The position numbers and the translations under genes were made by a program. A stretch of 61,669 nt of DNA from assembly GCA_964389335.1 (NCBI GenBank), contig CAYMFQ010000002.1, positions 18,212 through 79,880 on the forward strand. Direction: 5' to 3'. Source of the stretch: an uncultured Granulosicoccaceae bacterium. Its GTDB lineage: Bacteria > Pseudomonadota > Gammaproteobacteria > Granulosicoccales > Granulosicoccaceae. The notes beneath the pieces are model-generated. The model saw only the letters and a list, made by a program, of their open reading frames with translations. It was not told the DNA's origin and made no database searches. How positions within the stretch are numbered: the stretch's first letter is position 1; the number at the start of each line of letters is the position of its first letter. Below, one piece after another: positions 8,977-18,856 of this stretch.

Positions 8977-10317
8977 CTACGCTGCCATAAGACGCGACAG
9001 CAGCTCAATTACAAACGCTAAAAACGGCACTGCTGCCACATACAACACGGCGACAAACGGCCAGTTGCTCGCTGCAGCGCGCCAGTTGGATACCCCGTAG
9101 CGTCCCTGAAAAACCAAATGCGTACCGGACAACGGGCTCGCGCAGGTACCCAGCGACCACGCCAGCAAATACACACAGGCCAACAGATTGGGATCGGGGC
9201 TCATGCTCAGCACCAACGGTGTGGCTCCCGAAACAGTCACCACCGGATGTACGCCCAATACCGCCAACAGAATCATTCCACCGAGCAATACCAGCGCTTC
9301 AAACAATCCGAACTGACGCTCGGGTAACCAGCCAATATCACCCGCCAGCAAACTTGCAAGCCCCGCTGCCAATACCCCGGCCACCAGAAACAGTGACAAC
9401 TCGTTTACCATCGCCGGCACATGGTCGGTAACCTGTTTCACCAGCATCCGTTTGCCGCCAGACATACCGTGCTGCAGCGCCAGGCCGATTATGGACACCA
9501 GCAGCGCTCCAATTGAGATATGTGTAAGCACGGACCATGACGGCGCATACCACGACAGCAGCATCACGATAATCGCCAGTATTGCCGGTACCCAGAGACT
9601 GGCAAACTGGACCGGGTATCCGCGAAAGTCTGATAGTTCATCGGCGAACCGGGTATGCGCCTCAGCGATAACCAACGCCATACCCAGTAACGAAAACGGC
9701 AGACACACCAGAATGACTAATCCCAGATTGATCTCCGGAACATAGGTTAGTACCACCGCCATGCCGCCGAAAAAAGGTGACCACCCGGAGCAGGTTGTGA
9801 ATACTCTAACGATCGACTGCGATGCCAGTCGACTTAGCCCATGCCTGAGCGCCAGTCGATCCGCAAATATGATGGGCGCCGAAATATTAATCACAGAGCC
9901 GAACAACCAGACCCCTGCTATGGTTCTGATATAGGCCCGTTTGCCAACAGGCAACTTTTCATCGGCAGCCCCGGGATTCACCACCAGCCGTAAAAATCCA
10001 ACGGCCGCAATCATTGATATCAGTCCGGTATTAATACCGAGTGTTTTGGACAGATTGATAGATTCTCCCTGCCCGATCGCAACAAACTGCATCAGCAGTC
10101 CGATACCCGCAATTGTCGCTATCTGCCAACGCTGCGTGGTTTTGACTCGATGAAACAGCAGCAGTGCTGCCAGCCAGCCAAGAATGCCGGGAAACCAGTG
10201 TGGACCATTCGACTCCGCTGTGCGCAACATATCCTGCAGAATGGTCAACAGCACCATGCAGGTTATCAGCACGCCAGCCAGGCCTTCGCGTCGTTGAAAG
10301 TTAGCTGACGTTGGCAC
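8977..10317 (-). CDS. polytopic inner-membrane protein (putative permease, family not recognised)
   Basis: 446 aa with about 10-12 hydrophobic segments throughout. GTG start. Confidence 0.55.
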   Translation of the reverse strand: MPTSANFQRREGLAGVLITCMVLLTILQDMLRTAESNGPHWFPGILGWLAALLLFHRVKTTQRWQIATIAGIGLLMQFVAIGQGESINLSKTLGINTGLISMIAAVGFLRLVVNPGAADEKLPVGKRAYIRTIAGVWLFGSVINISAPIIFADRLALRHGLSRLASQSIVRVFTTCSGWSPFFGGMAVVLTYVPEINLGLVILVCLPFSLLGMALVIAEAHTRFADELSDFRGYPVQFASLWVPAILAIIVMLLSWYAPSWSVLTHISIGALLVSIIGLALQHGMSGGKRMLVKQVTDHVPAMVNELSLFLVAGVLAAGLASLLAGDIGWLPERQFGLFEALVLLGGMILLAVLGVHPVVTVSGATPLVLSMSPDPNLLACVYLLAWSLGTCASPLSGTHLVFQGRYGVSNWRAAASNWPFVAVLYVAAVPFLAFVIELLSRLMAA

Positions 10318-10399
10318 CGATTATTTCCAACCGATATTTCCCGCGGCGACAGCTACTTACCGCGTGGATGGCTTTTATCACTGTCCTCGGCAAAGTGGC

Positions 10400-11191
10400 T
10401 TACTGTCCGTAGCGGTTCTTGATGGCGTTGTAGTCGTCAACCAGTGATTCCATCGTTTTGTCATCGAACGCTCGTAACCCACCCAGCAACATCTCCTTGC
10501 TGCCACGACCCAGTGTCTTTTCACCGCTGTTGATCGCGAAGGGCAATATTACCTCCGCCTTTTTTCCGTCTGCTGTGACACTGCCACCGGCGTAGTCGAG
10601 TGTCATATCGCCGGAGTCAAATCTATCAAGGGAAAAAGACATGCTCTTGTACATGACAAGTGGTCTGGACGGATTGATCATCACATTGTTGTCACGCATT
10701 AAATCGACCAGTAAATAGGGAAATGTGACACCGGAAAATTCAATATAGGCGCGAGACAGTTCGCGCGCCAGTTCTGCATCATCATTCCTGTCACCGGATA
10801 CATCGATGCGCAGACAGGTCCGGTCGTTGTTGTCCTGTAGCTCAAAAGTGTTCGCGTTTTGGCTAATCCTCAATTGATGCGCATCTGTCACCAATTGCAG
10901 GAACTCAAAAGCCATCGACTGATAAAGGCCAATACGGTGCAGCACCACGCTAAACAGGAGATCCCCAGGCACGCAAAAGCGCCGCGCCTCTACATCGTGG
11001 ATCGGGTTAAAGTCTCCGGCCTCCGCTTTTGCAAAGCGGCTCGCCTGTTCCCGCGAGAAGGACAAAAGTTCGCCCTCTGCCTGATAGTAAGCTTCAATTT
11101 TCAACGGGGTATCCTGCAAACTAAAACCGCTATAGATGGTCAACAATGTGTGTGGTGGCGACTGGCCAGATATCACAGACCAGACCGCCAA
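10400..11191 (-). CDS. hypothetical protein with MaoC-like hot-dog signature
   Basis: FAKAEAGDFNPIHDVEARRFCVPGDLLFSVVL resembles the (R)-hydratase/MaoC GDxNPIH motif. The rest is unassigned. Confidence 0.55.
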   Translation of the reverse strand: MAVWSVISGQSPPHTLLTIYSGFSLQDTPLKIEAYYQAEGELLSFSREQASRFAKAEAGDFNPIHDVEARRFCVPGDLLFSVVLHRIGLYQSMAFEFLQLVTDAHQLRISQNANTFELQDNNDRTCLRIDVSGDRNDDAELARELSRAYIEFSGVTFPYLLVDLMRDNNVMINPSRPLVMYKSMSFSLDRFDSGDMTLDYAGGSVTADGKKAEVILPFAINSGEKTLGRGSKEMLLGGLRAFDDKTMESLVDDYNAIKNRYGQ

Positions 11192-11442
11192 TAGTATCCC
11201 ACATCCTGCAGCACCACCATCAGAGCAGGGTCGATATGTGGTTTACCGATTCCATACCATTGCTCAGGCCCGGTTACAGGTGTAACAAAATATCTGACAT
11301 AATTCTGTTAGAAATGATTTATCAGACCATGATGCGAGTCCGTCCGGTCTGCCGCTACACTGGAGACAGATGACAGACACGGGCCGGTTCCCGGGTCTTT
11401 GCACACAAGCTGCTACCTGCGGCTATCGTTGATAGTCAGCCA

Positions 11443-12171
11443 ATGGCGGGAGCTAAAGGAGAGTTTGACATCAACACTCGAAAAATAATGCTGGTAGAAG
11501 ACGATCCCGACCTCGCAGAGTTGGTTATGCTGCAGTTGCAGGATGTTCAGTGTGAATGTACCTGGGTGGCCAATGGCCGCGAGGCGCTCGACAAAGCGCA
11601 GAGCGAACCATTCGACATGCTGATTCTGGATATTATGCTGCCCGAAGTCGACGGTCTTGAAATCTGTCGTACCGTGCGCGTCAGCAACAGACAAATACCA
11701 ATCCTGATGCTAACCGCCAAATCCTCCGAACTGGATCGGGTACTCGGCCTCGAGATGGGGGCTGACGATTACATGACCAAGCCGTTCAGCACGCTAGAGC
11801 TAACCGCACGTGTCAAGGCGTTGCTCAGACGCGCAAACATCTCTGAATCCGACACACCCAGACAAAATATTCTGCGCTTTAATGCGCTTGAAATCGATGT
11901 CGACAATCGCCGGTTATTTCTCGATGGCTCTGAAATAGAACTAACCCCGAAAGAGTTTGATCTGCTGCATCACTTTATGGAGAACCCGGGCCGCGTGTTT
12001 TCTCGGATGCAGCTGCTCGACAGAGTCTGGGGATACAGTTACGAAGGCTATCACCACACCGTTAACTCACACATTAATCGACTACGTTCGAAGATCGAAA
12101 AGAACCCACACGAGCCCGAATATATCCTCACGCGCTGGGGCGTCGGATATGAGTTCGCCAAAGCCGGGTAG
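11443..12171 (+). CDS. OmpR/PhoB-family response regulator
   Basis: Receiver domain (LVEDDPD, ...DMLILDIMLPEVDG, LTAKS) plus a winged-helix domain ending TRWGVGYEF. The exact start is uncertain. Confidence 0.9.
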   Translation: MAGAKGEFDINTRKIMLVEDDPDLAELVMLQLQDVQCECTWVANGREALDKAQSEPFDMLILDIMLPEVDGLEICRTVRVSNRQIPILMLTAKSSELDRVLGLEMGADDYMTKPFSTLELTARVKALLRRANISESDTPRQNILRFNALEIDVDNRRLFLDGSEIELTPKEFDLLHHFMENPGRVFSRMQLLDRVWGYSYEGYHHTVNSHINRLRSKIEKNPHEPEYILTRWGVGYEFAKAG

Positions 12172-12177
12172 CAAAAC

Positions 12178-13683
12178 TTGCCAAAATCACTTTATGCAAA
12201 GCTCGCGCTGACGCTGATCGCACTGTTATTCGTCACTGCAATCATATATTCCGCTATCTCCTATTCACTCACCCGGCAACGCATCATTGGAGATCTGCAA
12301 CGCGAAAACGCCAAGCTCGCCGGCAATCTTGTCACTGAAATTCCACAGACCCTGGCGGGTGACATCGATCGAGAGTACGTAGCACAGCTGTTCCGCTTAA
12401 TGACCATCGTCAATCCTGATGTCGAGCTCTACCTGCTGGACATGGACGGCAGAATCACAGACACATCGGTTGATCAATCCAATATGCTGCTGGAGCAGGT
12501 TGAAATGGCGCCACTGGCGGAATTTCTTGCCGGTGATCCAAGTCAGTTTCCACTGTTCGGACAGGATCCGCGTGCGCCTGACGACCCGGTGACATTTTCG
12601 GTCGCACGACTTACCGCCGGCGATAAAGCGCTCGGTTATCTGTATGTGACGCTGCGCGGCGAGGATCATCAGCGCTACCAGAGCGGACGTGCCACCGACC
12701 TGATTTCCACCATCGGCATCTACGCACTTATCGGCAGCTTACTGGTATCACTACTGGCCGGACTGACCATATTCAAGCGCATCACCGCACGACTGCAAAT
12801 TCTGAGCGGAGTCATCGATAACTTTCGCAAGTCAGGGTATCGCCAGAATTTTCTCTATCGCAACGCCGCCAACGACAATGGTTCTGATGAGATTTCGCTG
12901 CTGGGTCACAACTACGACTCAATGGCAGAGCGCATCACCGAGCAGATTCATATGCTTGAGCAACAGGATCAAAACCGGCGCAAATTCATCGCGAATATTT
13001 CCCACGACCTCAGAACCCCGCTGACTGCAACGCAGGGATACCTTGAACTGCTGCAACAAAAGTACGACGCGCTGGAAGAGGAACAGCGTAAGCGTTATCT
13101 AAGTATTTCTCTAAAGCACAGCAAGCGACTGCAGAATCTGATTTCAAACCTGTTTGAGCTGGCCAAGCTGGAGAACTATTCGGAATTACCGGTCAATGAA
13201 ATACTGTCACTCAGCGATATCATTAGTGATGTTATGCAGGGCTATCAGCCGGTGGCTGAGCAGAAAAACATTGAGCTGATTTACAAGCAGCAGGAAGGCC
13301 CACATTTGATTCGCGGTGACCTGGCAATGATCGATCGGGCAATAAGTAATCTGCTCAGTAACGCCCTGCAATACACTCAGGACAATGGCTGGGTGAAACT
13401 CTCGCTACAGAAAAACGCAGACACCGGTATTGAATTCGCCATCGAAGACAACGGCCCGGGCATCGACGAATCGCAGCTGGAAAATATATTTGATCGCTTT
13501 TACCGCGCAGATAATCAGCACGCAGGTGAAAAGAACGCCGGGCTGGGATTGGCAATCGCCAGGCGCATTGTAACGCTGCACGGCGGCAAGCTCGGGGTTA
13601 AAAACACAGGTAACGGTACCCGCTTCTGCTTCACCTTAAGTGAAGCGGACAGCACAGAACTGATGTCCGGTTCCAGCGCGTGA
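12178..13683 (+). CDS. sensor histidine kinase (two TM, HAMP, HisKA, HATPase_c)
   Basis: H-box FIANISHDLRTPLT, N-box LLSNALQYT, G-boxes EDNGPGI and GLGLAIARRIV. It lies 7 nt after the regulator gene. Confidence 0.9.
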   Translation: MPKSLYAKLALTLIALLFVTAIIYSAISYSLTRQRIIGDLQRENAKLAGNLVTEIPQTLAGDIDREYVAQLFRLMTIVNPDVELYLLDMDGRITDTSVDQSNMLLEQVEMAPLAEFLAGDPSQFPLFGQDPRAPDDPVTFSVARLTAGDKALGYLYVTLRGEDHQRYQSGRATDLISTIGIYALIGSLLVSLLAGLTIFKRITARLQILSGVIDNFRKSGYRQNFLYRNAANDNGSDEISLLGHNYDSMAERITEQIHMLEQQDQNRRKFIANISHDLRTPLTATQGYLELLQQKYDALEEEQRKRYLSISLKHSKRLQNLISNLFELAKLENYSELPVNEILSLSDIISDVMQGYQPVAEQKNIELIYKQQEGPHLIRGDLAMIDRAISNLLSNALQYTQDNGWVKLSLQKNADTGIEFAIEDNGPGIDESQLENIFDRFYRADNQHAGEKNAGLGLAIARRIVTLHGGKLGVKNTGNGTRFCFTLSEADSTELMSGSSA

Positions 13684-13710
13684 ACACGCCTGGGCCTGCA
13701 CAGTGCCGCG

Positions 13711-16269
13711 TTACCTCGGCAGCAGTGACACGCGGCGTTTGATTGCAAATGCAAACGCCGCACACAACATAAACAGCAACGTCGGATCGACACCTTTAAC
13801 AGCGTTACCTGCCCGTAGCACACAGCCTGTGCCCAGCGCACCGGTGCCGGTCGAAATTACCGTCACAGGCTCTGACGGTTCAAACATATCAGGCACGCCG
13901 TCGCTGTTGGAATCAGTCAAGGCCAGCGGCTCATCGTCCAGCACATCAAGTCGGCCATTGCCGTCGCTGTCAGCATCAAAGCGATCAACCACACCATCGT
14001 TATCAGTGTCTTCACCGCTGGTAAAGTCAACATCGTATCGATCGTCAATCAAATCGGCGTCGACGTCCAGCCCGCCGGACACTGCCTGATCTATGCTGTC
14101 ATTAATGCTGTTGTGATTTTCGTCGCGCCATATATCGTGTATCCCATCCTGATTGGCGTCGACGCCACCACTCTCAGTTAAATCGAAAATACCGTCCGCA
14201 TCGCTATCCAGGTCAATGCGGTTGTCAAGACCATCCTGATCAGCATCCAGACTGGCTAAACTGATGCCCTCCCGCTGATCTGCTATGCCATCCTTGTTAA
14301 CATCAGTGGTATCGTCGAGCCTGCCATCATGATTGCTGTCGATTCCCAGCGCCTCAACAACATCCGCCACACCATCCTGATCTGAATCAAGATCACGGTA
14401 GTCGGCAATGCCATCACCATCGGTATCGACCGCATCGCGCAGTGTCAGTGGTTCATCCTGCTGCAGGCCGGTTTCGACACTATCTGTTGAGCCGACCCGT
14501 TGCTCGTGGCGATCTGCAACCCCGTCACCATCACTGTCACCATCGACAGTATCAAACAACCCGTCGTTATCACTGTCGACTGGCAGAGGTGACTCGCCAC
14601 TGTCGATGGACGATTCAACTGCATCGGCCAGACCGTTACTGCCAACGACAACCGCAGAATCAACAGCGCCATCGCGATCAGCGTCCATATGCAGATATTG
14701 CCGATACTCGTACAGGTCGCTTAACGAGTCATTGTCCGAATCAAGGTCCAGAAAGTCCCGGATCTGATCCGCATCCGTATCAATGGCCGACTCAACCTGA
14801 TCCGGAATGGTGTCGTTGTCACTGTCACTGTCCAGATAGTTGGCAATACCATCACCATCGGCGTCAGCCACACCTTCAATATCATCGGGAATACCATCGC
14901 GATCCTGATCACTGGAATCCAGCACGGTCACCGACATCTCAGAGGTACCGGGGTTACCCACCTCATCGGTGATGGTCGCTATTAGATTGTGTTCACCAAC
15001 TGACAGCATGATTCGCGATCGACACGACCATTGTCCATCGGCAACAACAGCCTGACAGACAAACACATTGCCAATGGTGGACACGTTAACCAGCGAGGCA
15101 TCGGGCTGATCGGTCTCACCGCTTATCAATGGCGCGGGGTCGGACAAGGGACCAATATTGGCGGACGATAATTGCGGTGCGACCAAATCGACCAGTAATT
15201 CGTTGGCTGTGGTATCCACACTGGTGTTGCCGGCCATATCCACAACGGTTACCTGCACGTCATAGGTGCCGTTGGGCAGCGCATCAAGTGGCGGAATATT
15301 CAGCTGCCAGTTACCGTTACCGGTCTGCTGCAGATGACTGTCACTGGTGGCATAGGTAATATCGTTTACAGCAACGGTCAGGATAAAGTCACCGTCGTCA
15401 GAAGCGGTTCCGGTAATTACCGGCGTACTGCCTGAGGTTGTCAGCGGATCAACGGTTGGCGGTATCGGCGCGATGGTGTCAACGATCACTGAATCACTGG
15501 CCACCACCGATGTATTGCCGGCCTCATCAAAAATCTTGACCAGGACCGACAGTGTCCCACCTTCCGCAGGTACATCGGACGCCACCTGTACACTGCCGTT
15601 GGCTATATCAAGCGGGGTCAGATATATGTCTTCAAGGCGTGTCCCAACCCGAACTTCAAGCCGATCATTAACCGCTACGCTGGCAGGCAAACCTATCTCT
15701 ACCGCAGGCTCATCAATATATTCCTGCAACGACAGAAAACCGCTGTTGTCTGCGTCAGCGAGTATGTTAACCACCGCAGCCTCAGGCGCGGATAAGTCGA
15801 CTTGCACCGCATCGCGACTGATGTAGAGAACCTCACTGTCGGAGTTTCGGTAAGTAGCGGTTAGTTCAATGACTGCACCGTCTGTTGCAGACGGGAACGA
15901 TTCATTAACGACACGCGACTCCAGCGCGGCCTGATCAATAACCACGACACGCTCGGTAACCCCATCAGAAATCGTTAACTGGTCACCTGAGGCGGCATCC
16001 GAAGCCAGCGTGAAACTGACAGCAACCGCACCCGTGTGTTCACTGGCGTTTAGCCAACCGTCGTCATTGATATCATCTTCGATTCGCAGTGACGCGCCTG
16101 TAAGCCCGCTATCGGTTTGACCGTTAGCTGGTGACGCCAGACAAACAGCGAGAAGAAACAGCGCCGGCAAAGACCAGCGCTGTTCGATTGCCCGATACCA
16201 ATTATGCGAACAACAGCGGTGATGATTTCCTATCCAATCACCCGCACTACAGCTGTTCAAATTCAACAC
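13711..16269 (-). CDS. large secreted TSP3-repeat / bacterial Ig-like adhesin with C-terminal hydrophobic-basic tail
   Basis: Signal-like LPALFLLAVCLASPANG. Ig-like blocks (VDTIAPIPPTVDP...TPVITGTAS, VDLVAPQLS) precede ~345 aa of DxDxDGxxDxxD repeats. The tail is LLFMLCAAFAFAIKRR. The GTG start at 16269 overlaps the upstream gene by 23 nt, so the true start is uncertain. Confidence 0.8.
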   Translation of the reverse strand: MLNLNSCSAGDWIGNHHRCCSHNWYRAIEQRWSLPALFLLAVCLASPANGQTDSGLTGASLRIEDDINDDGWLNASEHTGAVAVSFTLASDAASGDQLTISDGVTERVVVIDQAALESRVVNESFPSATDGAVIELTATYRNSDSEVLYISRDAVQVDLSAPEAAVVNILADADNSGFLSLQEYIDEPAVEIGLPASVAVNDRLEVRVGTRLEDIYLTPLDIANGSVQVASDVPAEGGTLSVLVKIFDEAGNTSVVASDSVIVDTIAPIPPTVDPLTTSGSTPVITGTASDDGDFILTVAVNDITYATSDSHLQQTGNGNWQLNIPPLDALPNGTYDVQVTVVDMAGNTSVDTTANELLVDLVAPQLSSANIGPLSDPAPLISGETDQPDASLVNVSTIGNVFVCQAVVADGQWSCRSRIMLSVGEHNLIATITDEVGNPGTSEMSVTVLDSSDQDRDGIPDDIEGVADADGDGIANYLDSDSDNDTIPDQVESAIDTDADQIRDFLDLDSDNDSLSDLYEYRQYLHMDADRDGAVDSAVVVGSNGLADAVESSIDSGESPLPVDSDNDGLFDTVDGDSDGDGVADRHEQRVGSTDSVETGLQQDEPLTLRDAVDTDGDGIADYRDLDSDQDGVADVVEALGIDSNHDGRLDDTTDVNKDGIADQREGISLASLDADQDGLDNRIDLDSDADGIFDLTESGGVDANQDGIHDIWRDENHNSINDSIDQAVSGGLDVDADLIDDRYDVDFTSGEDTDNDGVVDRFDADSDGNGRLDVLDDEPLALTDSNSDGVPDMFEPSEPVTVISTGTGALGTGCVLRAGNAVKGVDPTLLFMLCAAFAFAIKRRVSLLPR
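13885..14919 (-). repeat. array of thrombospondin type-3-like calcium-binding repeats (coding)
   Basis: Repeated units such as DADGDGIANYLDSDSDND, DTDGDGIADYRDLDSDQDG and DLDSDADGIFD span aa ~451-795 of the 852-aa ORF. Confidence 0.8.
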
Positions 16270-17437
16270 GGCGATTCAACTGACGACCTTCGACGGTTGA
16301 GTTATCCGCAATCGGCTTGCGTTCGCCGTAGGCACGTGCCTCAAAACGACCCAGACCGATGCCTTTTGACGTCAGATACCGAACCACCGCCAGCGCGCGG
16401 CGACGTGACAGTTCCATGTTAACGTCTTCATCACCCTGGCTGTCCGTGTGCGCGTGCACCGAGACGCGTATGTCAGGGAACTCATTCATGCGTGCTACTA
16501 CACCGTCCAGTGTTTCTCTGGCAAACGATGTCAGCGTATCGGAACCTGAAAGGAAGTTAACGCCATCAATCGCGCCGTTAAACATGGCACAGCCAGTTTC
16601 GTCCACTGGAGTGCCAGGTGCAGTCGTCGGGCACTGATCTTCCGCGTTGGCCACACCATCGGCGTCATTGTCTTCAGTCGGTACCGGTGCCGCGGTCAGG
16701 CCATCAGACGTTGGCTGTGGCAGTTCAGTGGGTGTTGGCGGTGGTGGTAGTGTATTTGTTGTAATAGGTTGTGGCGGCGGCAGCGATGGCAGTTCACCAC
16801 TGGTGCCGAACTCCTGATCGCGCTGACCACCAAAACGATACAACAGAGACAACCCGCCGTACTGCGCGTCAGTATCGAATGAGATATATTCTGCACGTAC
16901 ACCAAGGCCATTACGCAGTGCGTACTCAAGGCCAACACCCGCCGCAACCTGGAAGTCATTGACTCGACTCGCACCAACGCCGACCGCCTCATTCTCCATT
17001 TGACCCGCACCAAGTCGCCCGTACAGAGACAGGCCGGTACGAGTGTCAAGGCCATCGTAGTCTGTGTACGCGCCACCTGCACTGGCATTCCACAGGTAAA
17101 GCAAGCCACTCAGTGATACTTCTGTGTAGCCAACTTCCGCTTCACCGGTTAGCTCAGCAGAGCCCAGGTCAGCGTACTGCAATTCAAAACTCAGACGCCT
17201 GCTGAAGTCCAGACCCACGGTTACATGTGCGGCAGAATCACGCTCTTCGATAACGTCTACACCTTCGACACCGGAAGTATCCGGTTTGAGCTCCGAAGTT
17301 CCACCACCGAGACCGACATACAGTCTTTTTTGAAATTTTGCATCCCAGCCATTCAGTGGCGGCTGGCCCATTGCATTACTGCAGAGCCCGATAGTGCCTG
17401 CGGTAACAAGTATTGGGGCAATCAATCTATTATTCAT
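16247..17437 (-). CDS. OmpA-family outer-membrane protein (beta-barrel + Pro-rich linker + TSP3 repeat + OmpA-C)
   Basis: ATG at 17437 gives the signal MNNRLIAPILVTAGTIGLCSNAMG. The Pro-rich linker is LPSLPPPQPITTNTLPPPPTPTELPQP and the TSP3 unit is DNDADGVANAEDQCP. The OmpA-C domain reads HTDSQGDEDVNMELSRRRA...NRRVEF. Confidence 0.85.
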   Translation of the reverse strand: MNNRLIAPILVTAGTIGLCSNAMGQPPLNGWDAKFQKRLYVGLGGGTSELKPDTSGVEGVDVIEERDSAAHVTVGLDFSRRLSFELQYADLGSAELTGEAEVGYTEVSLSGLLYLWNASAGGAYTDYDGLDTRTGLSLYGRLGAGQMENEAVGVGASRVNDFQVAAGVGLEYALRNGLGVRAEYISFDTDAQYGGLSLLYRFGGQRDQEFGTSGELPSLPPPQPITTNTLPPPPTPTELPQPTSDGLTAAPVPTEDNDADGVANAEDQCPTTAPGTPVDETGCAMFNGAIDGVNFLSGSDTLTSFARETLDGVVARMNEFPDIRVSVHAHTDSQGDEDVNMELSRRRALAVVRYLTSKGIGLGRFEARAYGERKPIADNSTVEGRQLNRRVEFEQL

Positions 17438-17772
17438 TTTCTTCTTCTGCTTTATCGTCCAGAGTATTGTCGATATTCTTATTTTGGCGCCGGGCGTTCT
17501 TTCACACTCTATCCAGCCATCTCCTTCGTTGGCTAAATCAAGTAATACCGCTGACACGCGCTGCTTTTTTCCCTGTCTCCAACGGAGTATAGACGTGAGT
17601 TTGAAATTCGCATGGTCAGCGCATTTTTGTTTGAAAAAAATTTTTGTGGTGCCACCCGGCTGCACAATTCAACATGTCAATGGATTGACAAAACAGTGGT
17701 TATTTGCTCGTATGGTTACTGTGATTGCCTGATCAGGCAGCGCGTTTCCTGGGTGTTACAACGTCGGCCTTC

Positions 17773-18816
17773 ATGTCTCATTGGATCAATCAGCTGGATA
17801 CCTGGCTCAAGCCAAACGAACCATTTATGTTGGCTGCGGTATGCGATATTACCGGGGCAACACCGGATGCCAGTCGCGGTGTGTTGCTGCTCTGTGGTGA
17901 ACGCGCTGCCAGTAACATCATCAACGAAAGGCGTCGTCAGGCAGTTGTCAATGATGCAAAAATACGCTTTGCAAGCCAGCAACACTGGTGTGAGATCAGC
18001 TATCCGCTGGGTGCGGTATTGTCAAAGGAAAACGGCAGTTGCTGCGTCGTCTATCAATACTTTGACACAGGCGCTGACCTGAGCTGGATAACACAGACAA
18101 AAGCGCTGTTGCAGCAAGGCCGAAATGCATGGCTTGCTTTCAACAGATCAGACCGCGAAAACTCCACTGCGACTATCAGCAGCGCACATGATGTCGCATC
18201 GCTCAGGAACGGTGTATCCGATAGTGCATGGCCTGCAATCAGCTCAATCATCAACGCGAGTGACTTCGCATCTGAAAATGGTCTGCAAACCCGATTGATT
18301 CATCACAGTAACAGTGCAACGTTATTGCTGCCCATTGCGGCACCCACGGTACCAATAGCAGTACTAGGCAGACATCGCGCTGCAGTAGAGCTCATACAAC
18401 AGCTGTCGCTACTACCTGTCGACGTGCAATGGTATGCCGATGATTTTAGTGAGACAGATCCGGCCGGACCTCACATCACTCGACACGCGTATGAGGATCT
18501 CAGCGCCAATACAACAGCGCTGATAATCATGTCAGATGACCACGAACGGGATCTGCAACTGTGTGAACGCGCACTGACAATGCCTGCCAGCACATTTGTC
18601 GGTTGTATTGGATCGGAAAAAAAAGCCGCGCTCTTCAGGCAACAGCTGCTCGGCAATGGTGTAACTCCAGCACAACTGGAAAAACTGCATATTCCGGTGG
18701 GGCAATCATCTATTTCCAGTAAGCATCCGGCGATGATCGCAGCAAGTGCGCTTGCGCAGCTATTGACCCAACAGCAATTTCATCTTGATGATCAGCTGAC
18801 CATAATCGAGCCGTAA
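17773..18816 (+). CDS. XdhC/CoxI-family molybdenum-cofactor insertion chaperone-like protein
   Basis: The N-terminal XdhC_CoxI-like block is FMLAAVCDITGATPDASRGVLLL. The Rossmann-like part is IAVLGRHRAAVELIQ, followed by CIGSEKKAALFRQQL...LHIPVG...PAMIAASALAQLL. ATG at 17773 is preferred. Confidence 0.7.
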   Translation: MSHWINQLDTWLKPNEPFMLAAVCDITGATPDASRGVLLLCGERAASNIINERRRQAVVNDAKIRFASQQHWCEISYPLGAVLSKENGSCCVVYQYFDTGADLSWITQTKALLQQGRNAWLAFNRSDRENSTATISSAHDVASLRNGVSDSAWPAISSIINASDFASENGLQTRLIHHSNSATLLLPIAAPTVPIAVLGRHRAAVELIQQLSLLPVDVQWYADDFSETDPAGPHITRHAYEDLSANTTALIIMSDDHERDLQLCERALTMPASTFVGCIGSEKKAALFRQQLLGNGVTPAQLEKLHIPVGQSSISSKHPAMIAASALAQLLTQQQFHLDDQLTIIEP

Positions 18817-18856
18817 GAGACCCAGGCGCGCTACGCCATACCGTGCATAAGCCGGG

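Noticed and set aside
14408-14972. Long + strand ORFs (119 and 176 aa), plus several others, inside the TSP3 adhesin gene.
   Set aside because: They are antisense shadows of a GAY-rich repetitive coding region. Their products are low-complexity Ser/Pro/Arg/His strings with no start context.
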